This document shows positions 1 through 9,374 of a stretch of DNA of 49,212 bases, piece after piece. The stretch lies in the NCBI GenBank assembly GCA_037445955.1, contig JBBIJM010000007.1, forward strand, positions 1 to 49,212, given 5' to 3'. A program made the position numbers and the translations under genes. The notes beneath the pieces were generated by a model. The model ran no database searches and was not told the origin of the DNA. It saw only the letters and a list, made by a program, of their open reading frames with translations. Numbering within the stretch: position 1 is the stretch's first letter; each line of letters opens with the position of its first letter. Source of the stretch: Syntrophobacterales bacterium (GTDB lineage: Bacteria; Desulfobacterota; Syntrophia; Syntrophales; CAMTWB01).

Positions 1-924
1 ACCGGTGCCGTCATCAGAGACATCCTCGAAATTACCGGACGGCGAAACCCCCAGATATCCCTCCTGATCGCCCCCTGCCGGGTTCAAGGCGCCGAGGCGC
101 CAAGGGAGATCATCAGGGCCTTGGAGGATCTGCAAACGATCGCCGACGTAGATGTAATCATCCTGGCCCGGGGCGGAGGAAGCCTGGAAGACCTTGCCCC
201 GTTCAACAGCGAAGAGGTAGCCCGGGCGATCTTTGACTGCCGGATCCCGGTTGTTTCCGCTATCGGTCATGAAACCGATTTTACCATCGCCGATTTTGTG
301 GCCGATCTCCGGGCACCGACCCCATCGGCGGCAGCGGAGTTGGTAACGCCTTCCAGGATGGATTTGAAGGCCCGAATCCTGGATTTAGGCATCCGTTTGG
401 CCAATGCGGCAAGGACTTTACTTGAAAGACGGAAATTCTCGGGGGCCAGGCTCTCTTCCCGCCTGCGCGACCCCAGGGGACTTATCGCCGAAAGGCGGTT
501 TCGCATAGATGACCGGATCGAGAGGATAAAGTCCGGACTTAAGATCAAAGAGATGACAATCCGGCAACTCCTGGCCAACCTTGATCTTCGTCTCGGTCAC
601 AGATCCCCCGGAGAGCGGGTTAAAAATACCCGTTTAAAAATAGCGGAATCAAAGAGGGTTCTTGTGGCTCAGGTCTTATTAAATATCAACTCTCGGAAAA
701 AGATTCTCGAGAAGAACCTGGCCCTGCTTAATACCTTAAACCCCCTGGCCGTATTGAACAGAGGCTTTGCCGTCGCCCGAACCTACCCGGAGGCGGTCTT
801 GATCAGGGACGCAGAGACCCTCGCCCCGGGGGGAAAGGTTGAGGTTCAGGTTGCCCGGGGAAGTTTCAAGGCCGTCGTTTTTGAGCTGAAAAGAGAGAAT
901 GGCCATGAGCAAGGAAAAATTTGA
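1..924 (+). CDS. xseA: Exodeoxyribonuclease VII large subunit (5' truncated by window edge)
   Basis: Frame is open from base 1 (TGAVIRDI). Motifs [38 protein letters not shown] and [11 protein letters not shown]. Followed by xseB. Confidence 0.97.
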   Translation, partial: TGAVIRDILEITGRRNPQISLLIAPCRVQGAEAPREIIRALEDLQTIADVDVIILARGGGSLEDLAPFNSEEVARAIFDCRIPVVSAIGHETDFTIADFVADLRAPTPSAAAELVTPSRMDLKARILDLGIRLANAARTLLERRKFSGARLSSRLRDPRGLIAERRFRIDDRIERIKSGLKIKEMTIRQLLANLDLRLGHRSPGERVKNTRLKIAESKRVLVAQVLLNINSRKKILEKNLALLNTLNPLAVLNRGFAVARTYPEAVLIRDAETLAPGGKVEVQVARGSFKAVVFELKRENGHEQGKI

Positions 925-1138
925 AGACGCCTTAATGAGGCTTGAAGAGATCGTAAAGAAGCTTGAGGGGGACGACCTGTCTCTGGAGGATGCCCTTAAA
1001 TCATTTGAAGAGGGGATCAGACTGGCCCGGCTCTGCAACAAAAAGCTCGATGAGGCCCAAAGACGGGTGGAAATCCTCTTGAGAGAGGACGGAGAGACGA
1101 TTCCCTCCCCGTATAAGGAGGGGGATTTTGGCTCCTGA
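905..1138 (+). CDS. xseB: Exodeoxyribonuclease VII small subunit
   Basis: [30 protein letters not shown]. Start is ATG 899 or 905. Confidence 0.95.
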   Translation: MSKEKFEDALMRLEEIVKKLEGDDLSLEDALKSFEEGIRLARLCNKKLDEAQRRVEILLREDGETIPSPYKEGDFGS

Positions 1139-2048
1139 ACCATTCTCATCGCTTGCCCGATATCTTGCCGACCGGAAGGCCTTGATAGACGAGGTCTTAA
1201 ACAGGTTCTTACCCCCCTGCGATACCTATCCACCGATCATCTACGAGGCCGTTCGTTACAGCCTTTTTGCCGGCGGTAAGAGGATCCGCCCTATCCTCTG
1301 CCTCGCCGCGGCGGAGGCAACGGGGAAAACCGCCGGAGGGGACCTTTCCGCAATTTTGCAGGCGGCCTGCGCCCTGGAAATGATTCATACCTATTCCCTG
1401 ATCCACGACGATCTCCCGGCGCTCGATAATGACGATTACCGCAGGGGAATTCCCACTTCTCATAAACGATTCGGAGAGGATATCGCGATTCTTGCGGGGG
1501 ACGCCCTCCTGACCGAGGCGTTCAAACTCCTGTCGGATCCCGGTTTAAGTTCCTCCGCCAAACCTGAGATCAGGCTTGAGGTGATCAACATCATCGCCCG
1601 GGCCGCCGGTATCGGGGGCATGATCAGCGGACAGGTTATGGATATGAAGGCCGAAGCCTTGAAACCGGAGCCGAATTTGGTTTACTTTATCCATCAAAAA
1701 AAGACCGCCGAATTGATCCGGGCCTCTGTCCACACCGGGGCGATTCTTGCGGGAGCGCCTGCGGAAGAGCTCTTGGCCCTTCTTAAATACGGCGGCAAGA
1801 TCGGACTTTGTTTCCAGATTGCCGACGATATCCTGAATGCCGCCGGGGACGAGGCCTTATTGGGCAAGGCGGCGGGAAGCGATCTCGCCAGGGGAAAGGC
1901 CACCTTTCCCGCGGTGTTTGGTCTTGAAGAATCCCGGAGAATGGCGGAGACTCTGGTTCGGGAGGCAATCGAGAGCCTTGGCGCTTTTGATTTCCAGGCA
2001 GAGCCGCTAAGAGGGATCGCCTCATTTATCTTAACCCGCAAATCATGA
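1128..2048 (+). CDS. ispA: Farnesyl/geranylgeranyl diphosphate synthase
   Basis: GGKRIRP, HDDLPALDNDDYRRG, FQIADD; xseB-ispA-dxs synteny. Confidence 0.95.
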   Translation: MAPEPFSSLARYLADRKALIDEVLNRFLPPCDTYPPIIYEAVRYSLFAGGKRIRPILCLAAAEATGKTAGGDLSAILQAACALEMIHTYSLIHDDLPALDNDDYRRGIPTSHKRFGEDIAILAGDALLTEAFKLLSDPGLSSSAKPEIRLEVINIIARAAGIGGMISGQVMDMKAEALKPEPNLVYFIHQKKTAELIRASVHTGAILAGAPAEELLALLKYGGKIGLCFQIADDILNAAGDEALLGKAAGSDLARGKATFPAVFGLEESRRMAETLVREAIESLGAFDFQAEPLRGIASFILTRKS

Positions 2049-2097
2049 AATCGGCGCTGACGGCTAAACAAGATTGAATAAAGCATTGGGATGAGGG

Positions 2098-4008
2098 ATG
2101 AATAAAAACAGCACCGGTGTTTTAAGTAAGATAGAAACACCGCAGGACCTAAGAAGACTGAGCCTAAACGAGTTAATTGAGGCGGCCGGGGAAATCCGGG
2201 AAATGATCATTCGCACCGTCTCCGAAACCGGCGGGCACTTGGCCTCGTCTCTGGGTACGGTCGAGCTCACCTTGGCTCTGCATTACGTTTTCAATACCCC
2301 CGTGGACCGCCTCATCTGGGATGTAGGCCATCAGGCCTATGCCCACAAGATTGTAACGGGGCGGAAAGACCGGTTTTCGACCTTGAGACAGGAAGGGGGC
2401 TTGAGCGCCTTTCCCCGGCGGGAGGAAAGCCCCTACGACGTGCTTACCGTAGGCCACAGCGGCACCTCCATCTCCGCCGCCGCGGGGATTGCCGAGGGAC
2501 GCTGTCTCGGGAAGGAAGACTTCAAGGTCCTTGCGGTAATCGGCGATGGCTCCATCTCGGCGGGCATGGCCTTTGAAGGTCTCAACTGGTGCGGCGATCA
2601 GAAAAAAAACCTGATCATTATTCTAAACGACAACGAACTGTCCATTTCCCCCAATGTCGGCGCCCTTTCTTCCTACTTAAACCGGATCATGACCGGCCAT
2701 ACGGTAAGAAGATTAAAAACGGATCTCAAAGGCCTGATCAAATCGATTCCCGGAATCGGGGAGCAGATGGTGAAGTTCTCGAGGCAACTTGAAGAATCGG
2801 TTAAATCCCTCTTTGTCCCCGGCGCCCTTTTCGAAGACCTCGGGTTTACCTATGTAGGCCCTCTCGAGGGACACCGGCTCGACCACCTGATCGGCAATCT
2901 GAAAAACGTTCGCGATCTGAAAGGACCGGTTTTGGTTCATGTGATCACCAGGAAGGGCAAGGGCTATCTGCCGGCCGAAACCGATCCCCTCAAATATCAC
3001 GGGATTTCCAGATTCGACATCGCAAGCGGCCAACCCGCTAAACCTGAGGTCGAGATCCCCACCTACACGAATATCTTCGGGGCCACCATGGTCAGGCTGG
3101 CCGAAGACAATAAACGGATCGTGGCAATAACCGCGGCGATGCGGGAAGGGGTCGGGCTCACTGAATTCGCCCGCCTTTACCCGGAACGCTTCTACGACGT
3201 TGGAATAGCGGAGCAGCATGCGGTCACGTTTGCCGCCGGGCTTGCCATAGAGTCTTTCCTCCCGGTCGTGGCGATCTATTCGACCTTCCTCCAGAGGGCT
3301 TACGATCAGATCATCCACGATGTTTGCCTCCAGAATCTGCCGGTGGTCTTCGCCCTGGACCGAAGCGGGATCGTAGGCGAGGACGGACCTACCCATCATG
3401 GCCTTTTTGACCTCTCCTATCTCCGTTCGATTCCCAACCTGGTCGTTATGGCCCCCAAGGACGAGAACGAAATTCAACATATGTTAAAAACCGCCGTCGA
3501 ATGCGGCCGGCCGGCCGCGGTGAGATACCCCCGGGGCCAGGGCGCCGGGGCCAGGCTGGACAATCAACCTCACCTCCTTCCTCTGGGCAAGGGGGAAATC
3601 ATCAGGAACGGTTCGGATCTGGCGGTCCTGGCCATAGGCTCCTGCGTATATCCCGCGGAGATGGCCGCCTTACTCCTGGCCAAAGAGGGAATCAGCATAA
3701 CGGTGATCAATGCGAGATTTGTTAAACCACTCGATGAAGATCTGATTGTGACTACCTGTAAAAACACCAAATATCTTCTAACGGTCGAAGACAATGTCCT
3801 CAATGGCGGATTCGGCAGCGCTGTCCTTGAGCTTTTGGCCTCCCGGGGGATCTGGGGATTGAAGGTGAAAATGCTGGGCATCCCCGACCGGTTTGTTGAG
3901 CATGGCGCCCTTAAAGACCTCCGCGGGAAATACCGGCTGGATCGGCGGGGGATAGAGGAGGCGATCCGCAGCCTCCTTAATGAAAAGACCGGTGATGAGA
4001 GGGGTTAA
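2098..4008 (+). CDS. dxs: 1-deoxy-D-xylulose-5-phosphate synthase
   Basis: GGHLASSLG, WDVGHQAY, GDGS..N TPP motif, DVGIAEQHAV, GEDGPTHHG. Confidence 0.98.
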   Translation: MNKNSTGVLSKIETPQDLRRLSLNELIEAAGEIREMIIRTVSETGGHLASSLGTVELTLALHYVFNTPVDRLIWDVGHQAYAHKIVTGRKDRFSTLRQEGGLSAFPRREESPYDVLTVGHSGTSISAAAGIAEGRCLGKEDFKVLAVIGDGSISAGMAFEGLNWCGDQKKNLIIILNDNELSISPNVGALSSYLNRIMTGHTVRRLKTDLKGLIKSIPGIGEQMVKFSRQLEESVKSLFVPGALFEDLGFTYVGPLEGHRLDHLIGNLKNVRDLKGPVLVHVITRKGKGYLPAETDPLKYHGISRFDIASGQPAKPEVEIPTYTNIFGATMVRLAEDNKRIVAITAAMREGVGLTEFARLYPERFYDVGIAEQHAVTFAAGLAIESFLPVVAIYSTFLQRAYDQIIHDVCLQNLPVVFALDRSGIVGEDGPTHHGLFDLSYLRSIPNLVVMAPKDENEIQHMLKTAVECGRPAAVRYPRGQGAGARLDNQPHLLPLGKGEIIRNGSDLAVLAIGSCVYPAEMAALLLAKEGISITVINARFVKPLDEDLIVTTCKNTKYLLTVEDNVLNGGFGSAVLELLASRGIWGLKVKMLGIPDRFVEHGALKDLRGKYRLDRRGIEEAIRSLLNEKTGDERG

Positions 4009-4742
4009 TTACCATCAAAGAGCGATTGGACAGGCTGCTTGTGACAGTCGGACATGCAAAAACGAGGGAAAAGGCCCAGGCTCTCATTATGGCGGGCGCA
4101 GTTACCGTAGGTGACAGAACCGTCGACAAACCGGGAACTCTGGTTGACCAGGAGGCGGTAATCAAGGTTACCGAAGACCCCTGTCCCTATGTAAGCCGAG
4201 GGGGATTGAAGATCGAAGGGGCGATTGAGGCCTTCGGCCTTAACGTCTCCGATCTGGTCGCCTTTGACATCGGCGCCTCGACCGGCGGCTTTACCGACTG
4301 CCTCCTTAAGTCCGGGGCAAGAAAGGTCTATGCCCTGGATGTGGGCTACGGCCAGCTCGCCTGGAGTCTCAGGATGGACCGGCGGGTCTGTCCGATTGAA
4401 AGGACCAACATCCGCCATTATGACGGCGGAGACTTAGAAGATCCCATCGATCTGGCCGTCATCGACACCTCTTTTATTTCGCTTAGATTGGTGATCCCGG
4501 CGGTTCTGAAATTCGTCCGTCCGGGCGGTTTGATCCTGGCCCTGATAAAACCCCAGTTTGAGGCGGGAAAAAGGGAGGTTGGCAAGGGGGGGGTGGTGAG
4601 GAATCCGGAAGTCCAGAGACAGGTGGTAGAGGGATTGATCTCCTTTTCCAGGAACCTGGGGCTTAAGGTGCAAGGAACCTGCGAATCCCCCTTGACCGGC
4701 CCTAAAGGCAACCGGGAATATTTCATCCTTCTTGAAAAATAG
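4008..4742 (+). CDS. tlyA: TlyA-family rRNA 2'-O-methyltransferase (S4 + FtsJ domains)
   Basis: KERLDRLLV, YVSRGGLK, DIGASTGGFTD, LIKPQFE, GPKGNREY. The first canonical start is TTG 4026, but the conserved KERLD begins upstream, so ATT 4008 is proposed. Confidence 0.93.
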   Translation: MTIKERLDRLLVTVGHAKTREKAQALIMAGAVTVGDRTVDKPGTLVDQEAVIKVTEDPCPYVSRGGLKIEGAIEAFGLNVSDLVAFDIGASTGGFTDCLLKSGARKVYALDVGYGQLAWSLRMDRRVCPIERTNIRHYDGGDLEDPIDLAVIDTSFISLRLVIPAVLKFVRPGGLILALIKPQFEAGKREVGKGGVVRNPEVQRQVVEGLISFSRNLGLKVQGTCESPLTGPKGNREYFILLEK

Positions 4743-4754
4743 GGGCCGGAGAAA

Positions 4755-6524
4755 ATGTCCAGATCCTCAAGGGGTATCATTCTTGCTAAAACCGCCGGGT
4801 TTTGCATGGGGGTGAAGCGGGCGGTGGATCTGGCCCTGGACGTTGCCCGCTGTCGTCAAGGGAGAAGGATTTATACTTACGGCCCCCTCATCCACAATCC
4901 CCAGACCGTTCAACTCTTAAGGTCAAAAGGGATAGAGCCCCTGTCTCAGGTTCCCCGGTTAAATGATGAAGAGGCCCTCATCATTATCCGGGCTCACGGG
5001 GTTTCTCCGCAAGAGATGGAGGAGCTCAAGGAAAAGGGTTATGAGGTAATCGATGCCACCTGCCCCAAAGTATCCCACGTCCAGGGGATTATCAGCAAAA
5101 ACCGCCGGCAGGGCTGCACCATCCTAATCGCCGGCGATCCGGAGCATCCGGAGGTTAAAGGTCTTGCCGGCTATGCCGAAAATGAGGCCACCGTCCTCAC
5201 GGACGAGGCGGAGGTAGACCTGCTGCCTTCCCTGGAGAAGATTTGCCTGGTCGCTCAAACCACCCAGGACGTGAAACACTATCAAACGATCGCCGATAGG
5301 TTGAAGAAACGCTTCCCTCAGACGGTGGTCTATAATACGATCTGCCAATCCACCGAGCTAAGACAGAGGGAAATAGAGAAGCTCGCCTCCGAAACAGAGG
5401 CCCTGGTGGTCGTAGGCGGAAAGAACAGCGCCAACTCGAGACGTCTGGCGGAGATCGCCCGGCTTTCAGGAAAGCCCTCGTTCCATATCGAAACGGCCGA
5501 TGATCTGGACGAAAAGACGATCAGCCGCTGCGGATCGATCGGTGTTTCCGCCGGGGCCTCCACCCCGAACTGGATAATCGACGAGGTATTAGAAAAAATC
5601 TCCACCGGTAAAGGCCGGTCTGAAAAGGGTATTTTCAATCTCCACAACCTCCTTCGCCTTTGGCTTTTTGCCGTTAGAACCGACCTTTACGCCGCCTGCG
5701 GTGCGGCCTGCCTGTCCTATTGCGCGGCGGTGGTGCAGCAGTTGAACGTGGAGCCGCTGAATCTCCTTACCGCCTCGTTTTATGTTTATGCGATCCACAT
5801 CCTGAACCGCTACATCAGCTCCAGAACCACTCCGGTAACCGGATCGTTCCGGGAAACCCTCTTTCTCAAATCCAAAAAGGCTTATCTCCGAACGGCCCTG
5901 CTGGCCCTGGCTTTTGCCCTGGCTATCTCCCTTATCTCCGGGGTTGATTCTTTCCTCTTGCTCTTTTCCCTCTCCCTCTTTGGGGCCGCCTATTACGTGA
6001 GGTTTCTGCCTTCCCGATGGCGTTTCCGAAGCCTGAGGGATATCCCCGGCTCGAAAAACATCGTCATCGCCCTGGCCTGGTCCGTGGTGGTCACCGTGGT
6101 TCCCCAGGTCAATGAAGACAGGCTTTTTACCCCGGGTCTTATTTCCATCTTTATCTTCACCTTCCTTATCGTGTTTTCCCGAACCGCCCTGGCGGATATC
6201 TGGAATCTGCAAAGCGATCGCCTTCTGGGCCGGGAGACTCTGCCCGTCATGATCGGCAGCAGCGCCGCGAGAAAACTAATTCGCGCCTCTGCCTTCCTGA
6301 TGCTCCTTATCCTGGCTTCCTGCGTTTACTTAGGGTTCCTCTCCCCGCCGGCTATCTTTCTTGTCTTTTGTGTTTTTTATCTCTGGATTTGTCTTGAGCT
6401 CTGTGGTAGAGAGGCAAGGTTTTCCGGATTGGTTCTGGAGGGCATCCTGGAGACCAATTATATCATCGCCGGAGTTGCAGCATTTGGGGGAAATCTGTTT
6501 TTTAACTGGCCAAACACCTTCTAA
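4755..6524 (+). CDS. ispH: 4-hydroxy-3-methylbut-2-enyl diphosphate reductase fused to a C-terminal UbiA-like membrane domain
   Basis: GFCMGV, LIHNP, RAHG, DATCP, HPEV, TIC and SAGASTP in the first ~285 aa. Then a multi-TM domain with DIWNLQSDRLLGRETLP. Confidence 0.93.
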   Translation: MSRSSRGIILAKTAGFCMGVKRAVDLALDVARCRQGRRIYTYGPLIHNPQTVQLLRSKGIEPLSQVPRLNDEEALIIIRAHGVSPQEMEELKEKGYEVIDATCPKVSHVQGIISKNRRQGCTILIAGDPEHPEVKGLAGYAENEATVLTDEAEVDLLPSLEKICLVAQTTQDVKHYQTIADRLKKRFPQTVVYNTICQSTELRQREIEKLASETEALVVVGGKNSANSRRLAEIARLSGKPSFHIETADDLDEKTISRCGSIGVSAGASTPNWIIDEVLEKISTGKGRSEKGIFNLHNLLRLWLFAVRTDLYAACGAACLSYCAAVVQQLNVEPLNLLTASFYVYAIHILNRYISSRTTPVTGSFRETLFLKSKKAYLRTALLALAFALAISLISGVDSFLLLFSLSLFGAAYYVRFLPSRWRFRSLRDIPGSKNIVIALAWSVVVTVVPQVNEDRLFTPGLISIFIFTFLIVFSRTALADIWNLQSDRLLGRETLPVMIGSSAARKLIRASAFLMLLILASCVYLGFLSPPAIFLVFCVFYLWICLELCGREARFSGLVLEGILETNYIIAGVAAFGGNLFFNWPNTF

Positions 6525-7122
6525 GTCCCGGCTTGCCAGAGGGATTTGGGCAATATCTTTACTTTTTCTGGCCGTCCTTCTTTCAGGATGTACAGCCGGC
6601 CGCCAGGCAACCCCCCCCGAAGACAGGGAAAACAGGCCGGCTAAGGTGGCGGTATTTCCGATAGAGCCCGGCCCATACTACGAAGCGAAGGTACCGGTCG
6701 AGAAGCTCCTTCTGGAGCTGCTGGGTCAGGGCAAGGCGTTTAGAGAAATTGTGTTGCCCTCTTCCCCGACCAAAGGGGAACAGGACAAGAAGAAAGAAAA
6801 GCTTATCCTTGATTATCTTGAAAAACTGAATATCTTACATTATTCCGATCCGGATTTAAGCCGGAAGATCGGGGAGGCCTGGTCGGCAAATGTCCTTCTT
6901 ATCCCCGGGATAGAATACTGGGGTTACTCGGCGGTCGGGAAGAACACCGTAGCCAAGATAGGCTTAAGCCTTATCCTGGTCGAGGCGGAAAGCGGCAAGG
7001 TAATCTGGAGGAGCGTCCAATACATCACCAAAAGGTATTACTATTTCAAACCGCCCCTCCCCGAGGTGGCGAGGGACCTCCTGAAAAGGATGCTCGAGCA
7101 AATGCCGGAGAGGCCAGGATAA
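6484..7122 (+). CDS. Putative lipoprotein (DUF799/CsgG/TolB-N-like fold)
   Basis: Hydrophobic stretch ending in lipobox LSGC; VAVFP and LVEAESGKVIW motifs. TTG 6484 has GGAG at 6471; start uncertain. Confidence 0.7.
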   Translation: MGEICFLTGQTPSKSRLARGIWAISLLFLAVLLSGCTAGRQATPPEDRENRPAKVAVFPIEPGPYYEAKVPVEKLLLELLGQGKAFREIVLPSSPTKGEQDKKKEKLILDYLEKLNILHYSDPDLSRKIGEAWSANVLLIPGIEYWGYSAVGKNTVAKIGLSLILVEAESGKVIWRSVQYITKRYYYFKPPLPEVARDLLKRMLEQMPERPG

Positions 7123-7166
7123 AGACAAACTAACTTCCGGATACCAACCGGGAAAGGATGAAAACC

Positions 7167-7388
7167 ATGAAAGAAAAAGTGCAAACGGTCCTCAATAAGG
7201 TAAGACCTAATCTGCAAGCCGATGGAGGCGATGTGGAGCTGGTCGATGTCAGCGAAGATGGGATAGTCAAGGTTAGATTGACCGGAGCCTGCCATGGCTG
7301 CCCGATGTCCCAGATGACCCTGAAAATGGGAATTGAAAGGTATTTACAAAAAGAGATTCCTGAAGTAAAAGAGGTCGTCTCTGAATGA
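7167..7388 (+). CDS. NifU C-terminal/NfuA-type Fe-S carrier
   Basis: [14 protein letters not shown] and [11 protein letters not shown]. Start is 7158 or 7167. Confidence 0.93.
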   Translation: MKEKVQTVLNKVRPNLQADGGDVELVDVSEDGIVKVRLTGACHGCPMSQMTLKMGIERYLQKEIPEVKEVVSE

Positions 7389-7438
7389 TCCGGGATGATA
7401 CAGAATATAGAAAATAAGCAAAAGGAGATGGGGAAAAA

Positions 7439-7612
7439 ATGTCTTACGTGATTACCGATGAGTGTATCGCCTGCGGTGCCTGCGAAAGTGAATGTCCGGT
7501 GGAGGCTATCAGCGAAGGGGAAGACAAGTACAGTATAGATTCCAGCCTCTGTACCGACTGCGGTGAATGTGCGCCCCAGTGCCCGGTTGAAGCTATCGTT
7601 CCTGGGGAATAG
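7439..7612 (+). CDS. 2x[4Fe-4S] clostridial-type ferredoxin, 57 aa (absent from the ORF track)
   Basis: Manual translation MSYVITDECIACGACESECPVEAISEGEDKYSIDSSLCTDCGECAPQCPVEAIVPGE*. Two CxxCxxCxxxCP motifs; AAGGAG upstream. Confidence 0.95.
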   Translation: MSYVITDECIACGACESECPVEAISEGEDKYSIDSSLCTDCGECAPQCPVEAIVPGE

Positions 7613-7637
7613 GGTAGAAAACGGCGTCTGGTTTAAT

Positions 7638-7688
7638 TTCAAGGGGGGGCGTTAGCCATGAGGCATACCCCCCTCTTGAATTTTTTTT
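7638..7688 (+). terminator. Rho-independent terminator after ferredoxin
   Basis: ttcaaggggggg...ccccctcttgaa stem followed by T8. Confidence 0.75.
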
Positions 7689-7719
7689 GATGATCTTTAT
7701 AATCTGAATTCCGACGCTA

Positions 7720-8361
7720 ATGGCTAGAGGCAAATTTATTACCTTTGAAGGCATCGAAGGATGCGGCAAGTCAACCCAATCGGCCCTGGCGGCGCACTTT
7801 CTCGAGATGCGCGGTATCCCCGTTCTGTCCACCCTGGAGCCCGGCGCAACGGAGCTCGGGGAAACCCTCCGCAATCTCATTTTAAAAGAAACAGGGCCGA
7901 CATTATTCCCGGAGGCCGAACTCCTTCTCTTCGGCGCCGCCCGGGCGGAACATGTCCTGGAACTCGTTCTGCCGGCCCTGGAGGATAATGTCTGGATTAT
8001 CTGCGACCGGTTTAGTGACGCCACCCTTGCCTACCAGGGATACGGCAGAGGGCTCTGCAAGGCGTTCATCAGGAGGATGAACCATTTCGCTTCCCAGTCG
8101 TTGATCCCGGATCTGACGATCCTGATCGATCTCCCCGTCGAGGCAGGTTTAAAGAGGGCAAGGGCAAGAAGCTTTACCTTGACCGGGAGAGAGGCGGGGG
8201 ATCGCATCGAAGGGGAGGGTCTGGCGTTTCACCGCCGGATCAGAAATGGTTACCTCGCCATTGCCCGAAGAGAGAGCGAAAGATTCAGAATCGTAGACGG
8301 GTTAAACGACCCCAATGAGATTCATCAGGAAATCTGCCGTTATCTCGAAGCCCTTTTATAA
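7720..8361 (+). CDS. tmk: Thymidylate kinase
   Basis: FITFEGIEGCGKSTQ P-loop and CDRFSDATLAYQGYGRG. Confidence 0.97.
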   Translation: MARGKFITFEGIEGCGKSTQSALAAHFLEMRGIPVLSTLEPGATELGETLRNLILKETGPTLFPEAELLLFGAARAEHVLELVLPALEDNVWIICDRFSDATLAYQGYGRGLCKAFIRRMNHFASQSLIPDLTILIDLPVEAGLKRARARSFTLTGREAGDRIEGEGLAFHRRIRNGYLAIARRESERFRIVDGLNDPNEIHQEICRYLEALL

Positions 8362-8372
8362 GGGGTCAATCA

Positions 8373-9362
8373 ATGCCCTTCCGCGACATTTATGGACAGG
8401 AAAAACAGATCGATCTAATCAAAACCGCCCTCAGCGGCGGAAGTCTCCCCCAGGCCTTCGTGTTCCAGGGGATTGCCGGGATCGGCAAGACAAAAACTGC
8501 CCTGGCCCTGGCGAAGGCCCTCAATTGCCCTTCCTTCACGATTCGGGCCGACGCCTGCGGCAGCTGCAATTCCTGCAAAAGGATAGACGACTTGAATCAT
8601 CCCGATGTATCCGTCGTAAAGCCGCAGGGGCAGTTCATCAGGATCAGCCAGGTAAGAGACCTCCAGCTTACGATGAGATACAAACCCTTTGAAGGGCGGA
8701 TCCGGGTGACGATCCTCTCTGAGGCGGACAGACTCAGTCAGGAGGCCGCGGGCGCCCTGCTTAAGACCATGGAAGAGCCCCCGAAGGACAACCTTCTGAT
8801 CCTTATCACCTCCCGTCCGGACAAGCTCCCCCTAACCATTCACTCCCGTAGCCGGAGGATTTCTTTTAATCCCCTTACCCGAAACACCATCTTTTCCTAT
8901 TTAACCGAGGTCAAATCCAAAGCCCCCGAGGCGGCCCTTATTGCGTCATCGGCGGCGGGAGGGAGCATCGGTCGATCCCTGGATTTGCTTGATACCTCCT
9001 TCCTTGGGGAAAGAAAAAAACTCATCGATCAATTCTCAAGACCGAACTTTGATGATCTTTTTGATCTTGTGGCCCGGCTGGGCCGGGACAAGGAGGAGGT
9101 TGTCGAAAAACTGACCGTTCTTAAGTCCTTTTTCAGAGATGTCCTCTATCGCCAGGTGAGAGGAACCAGCGATGGGATCATCAACCTCGACTATGCGGCT
9201 GAAATTGCCTCGCTGGCTTGCGAACTTTCCCCGCAAGAACCGCTGGCCAGGATCGAGGCCATTGACCGGGCGATCAATAATTTAGAGCGAAACGCGAACC
9301 TTCAGTTGACATTGGAGACCATGATGATTAAAATCGGGGCTCCTAAACGAAACTCTAGTTGA
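8373..9362 (+). CDS. holB: DNA polymerase III delta' subunit
   Basis: GIGKT, C..ACGSCNSC zinc motif, HPD, ALLKTMEEP; tmk-holB-PSP1-metG synteny. Confidence 0.93.
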   Translation: MPFRDIYGQEKQIDLIKTALSGGSLPQAFVFQGIAGIGKTKTALALAKALNCPSFTIRADACGSCNSCKRIDDLNHPDVSVVKPQGQFIRISQVRDLQLTMRYKPFEGRIRVTILSEADRLSQEAAGALLKTMEEPPKDNLLILITSRPDKLPLTIHSRSRRISFNPLTRNTIFSYLTEVKSKAPEAALIASSAAGGSIGRSLDLLDTSFLGERKKLIDQFSRPNFDDLFDLVARLGRDKEEVVEKLTVLKSFFRDVLYRQVRGTSDGIINLDYAAEIASLACELSPQEPLARIEAIDRAINNLERNANLQLTLETMMIKIGAPKRNSS

Positions 9363-9374
9363 AGATTGCTTTTT

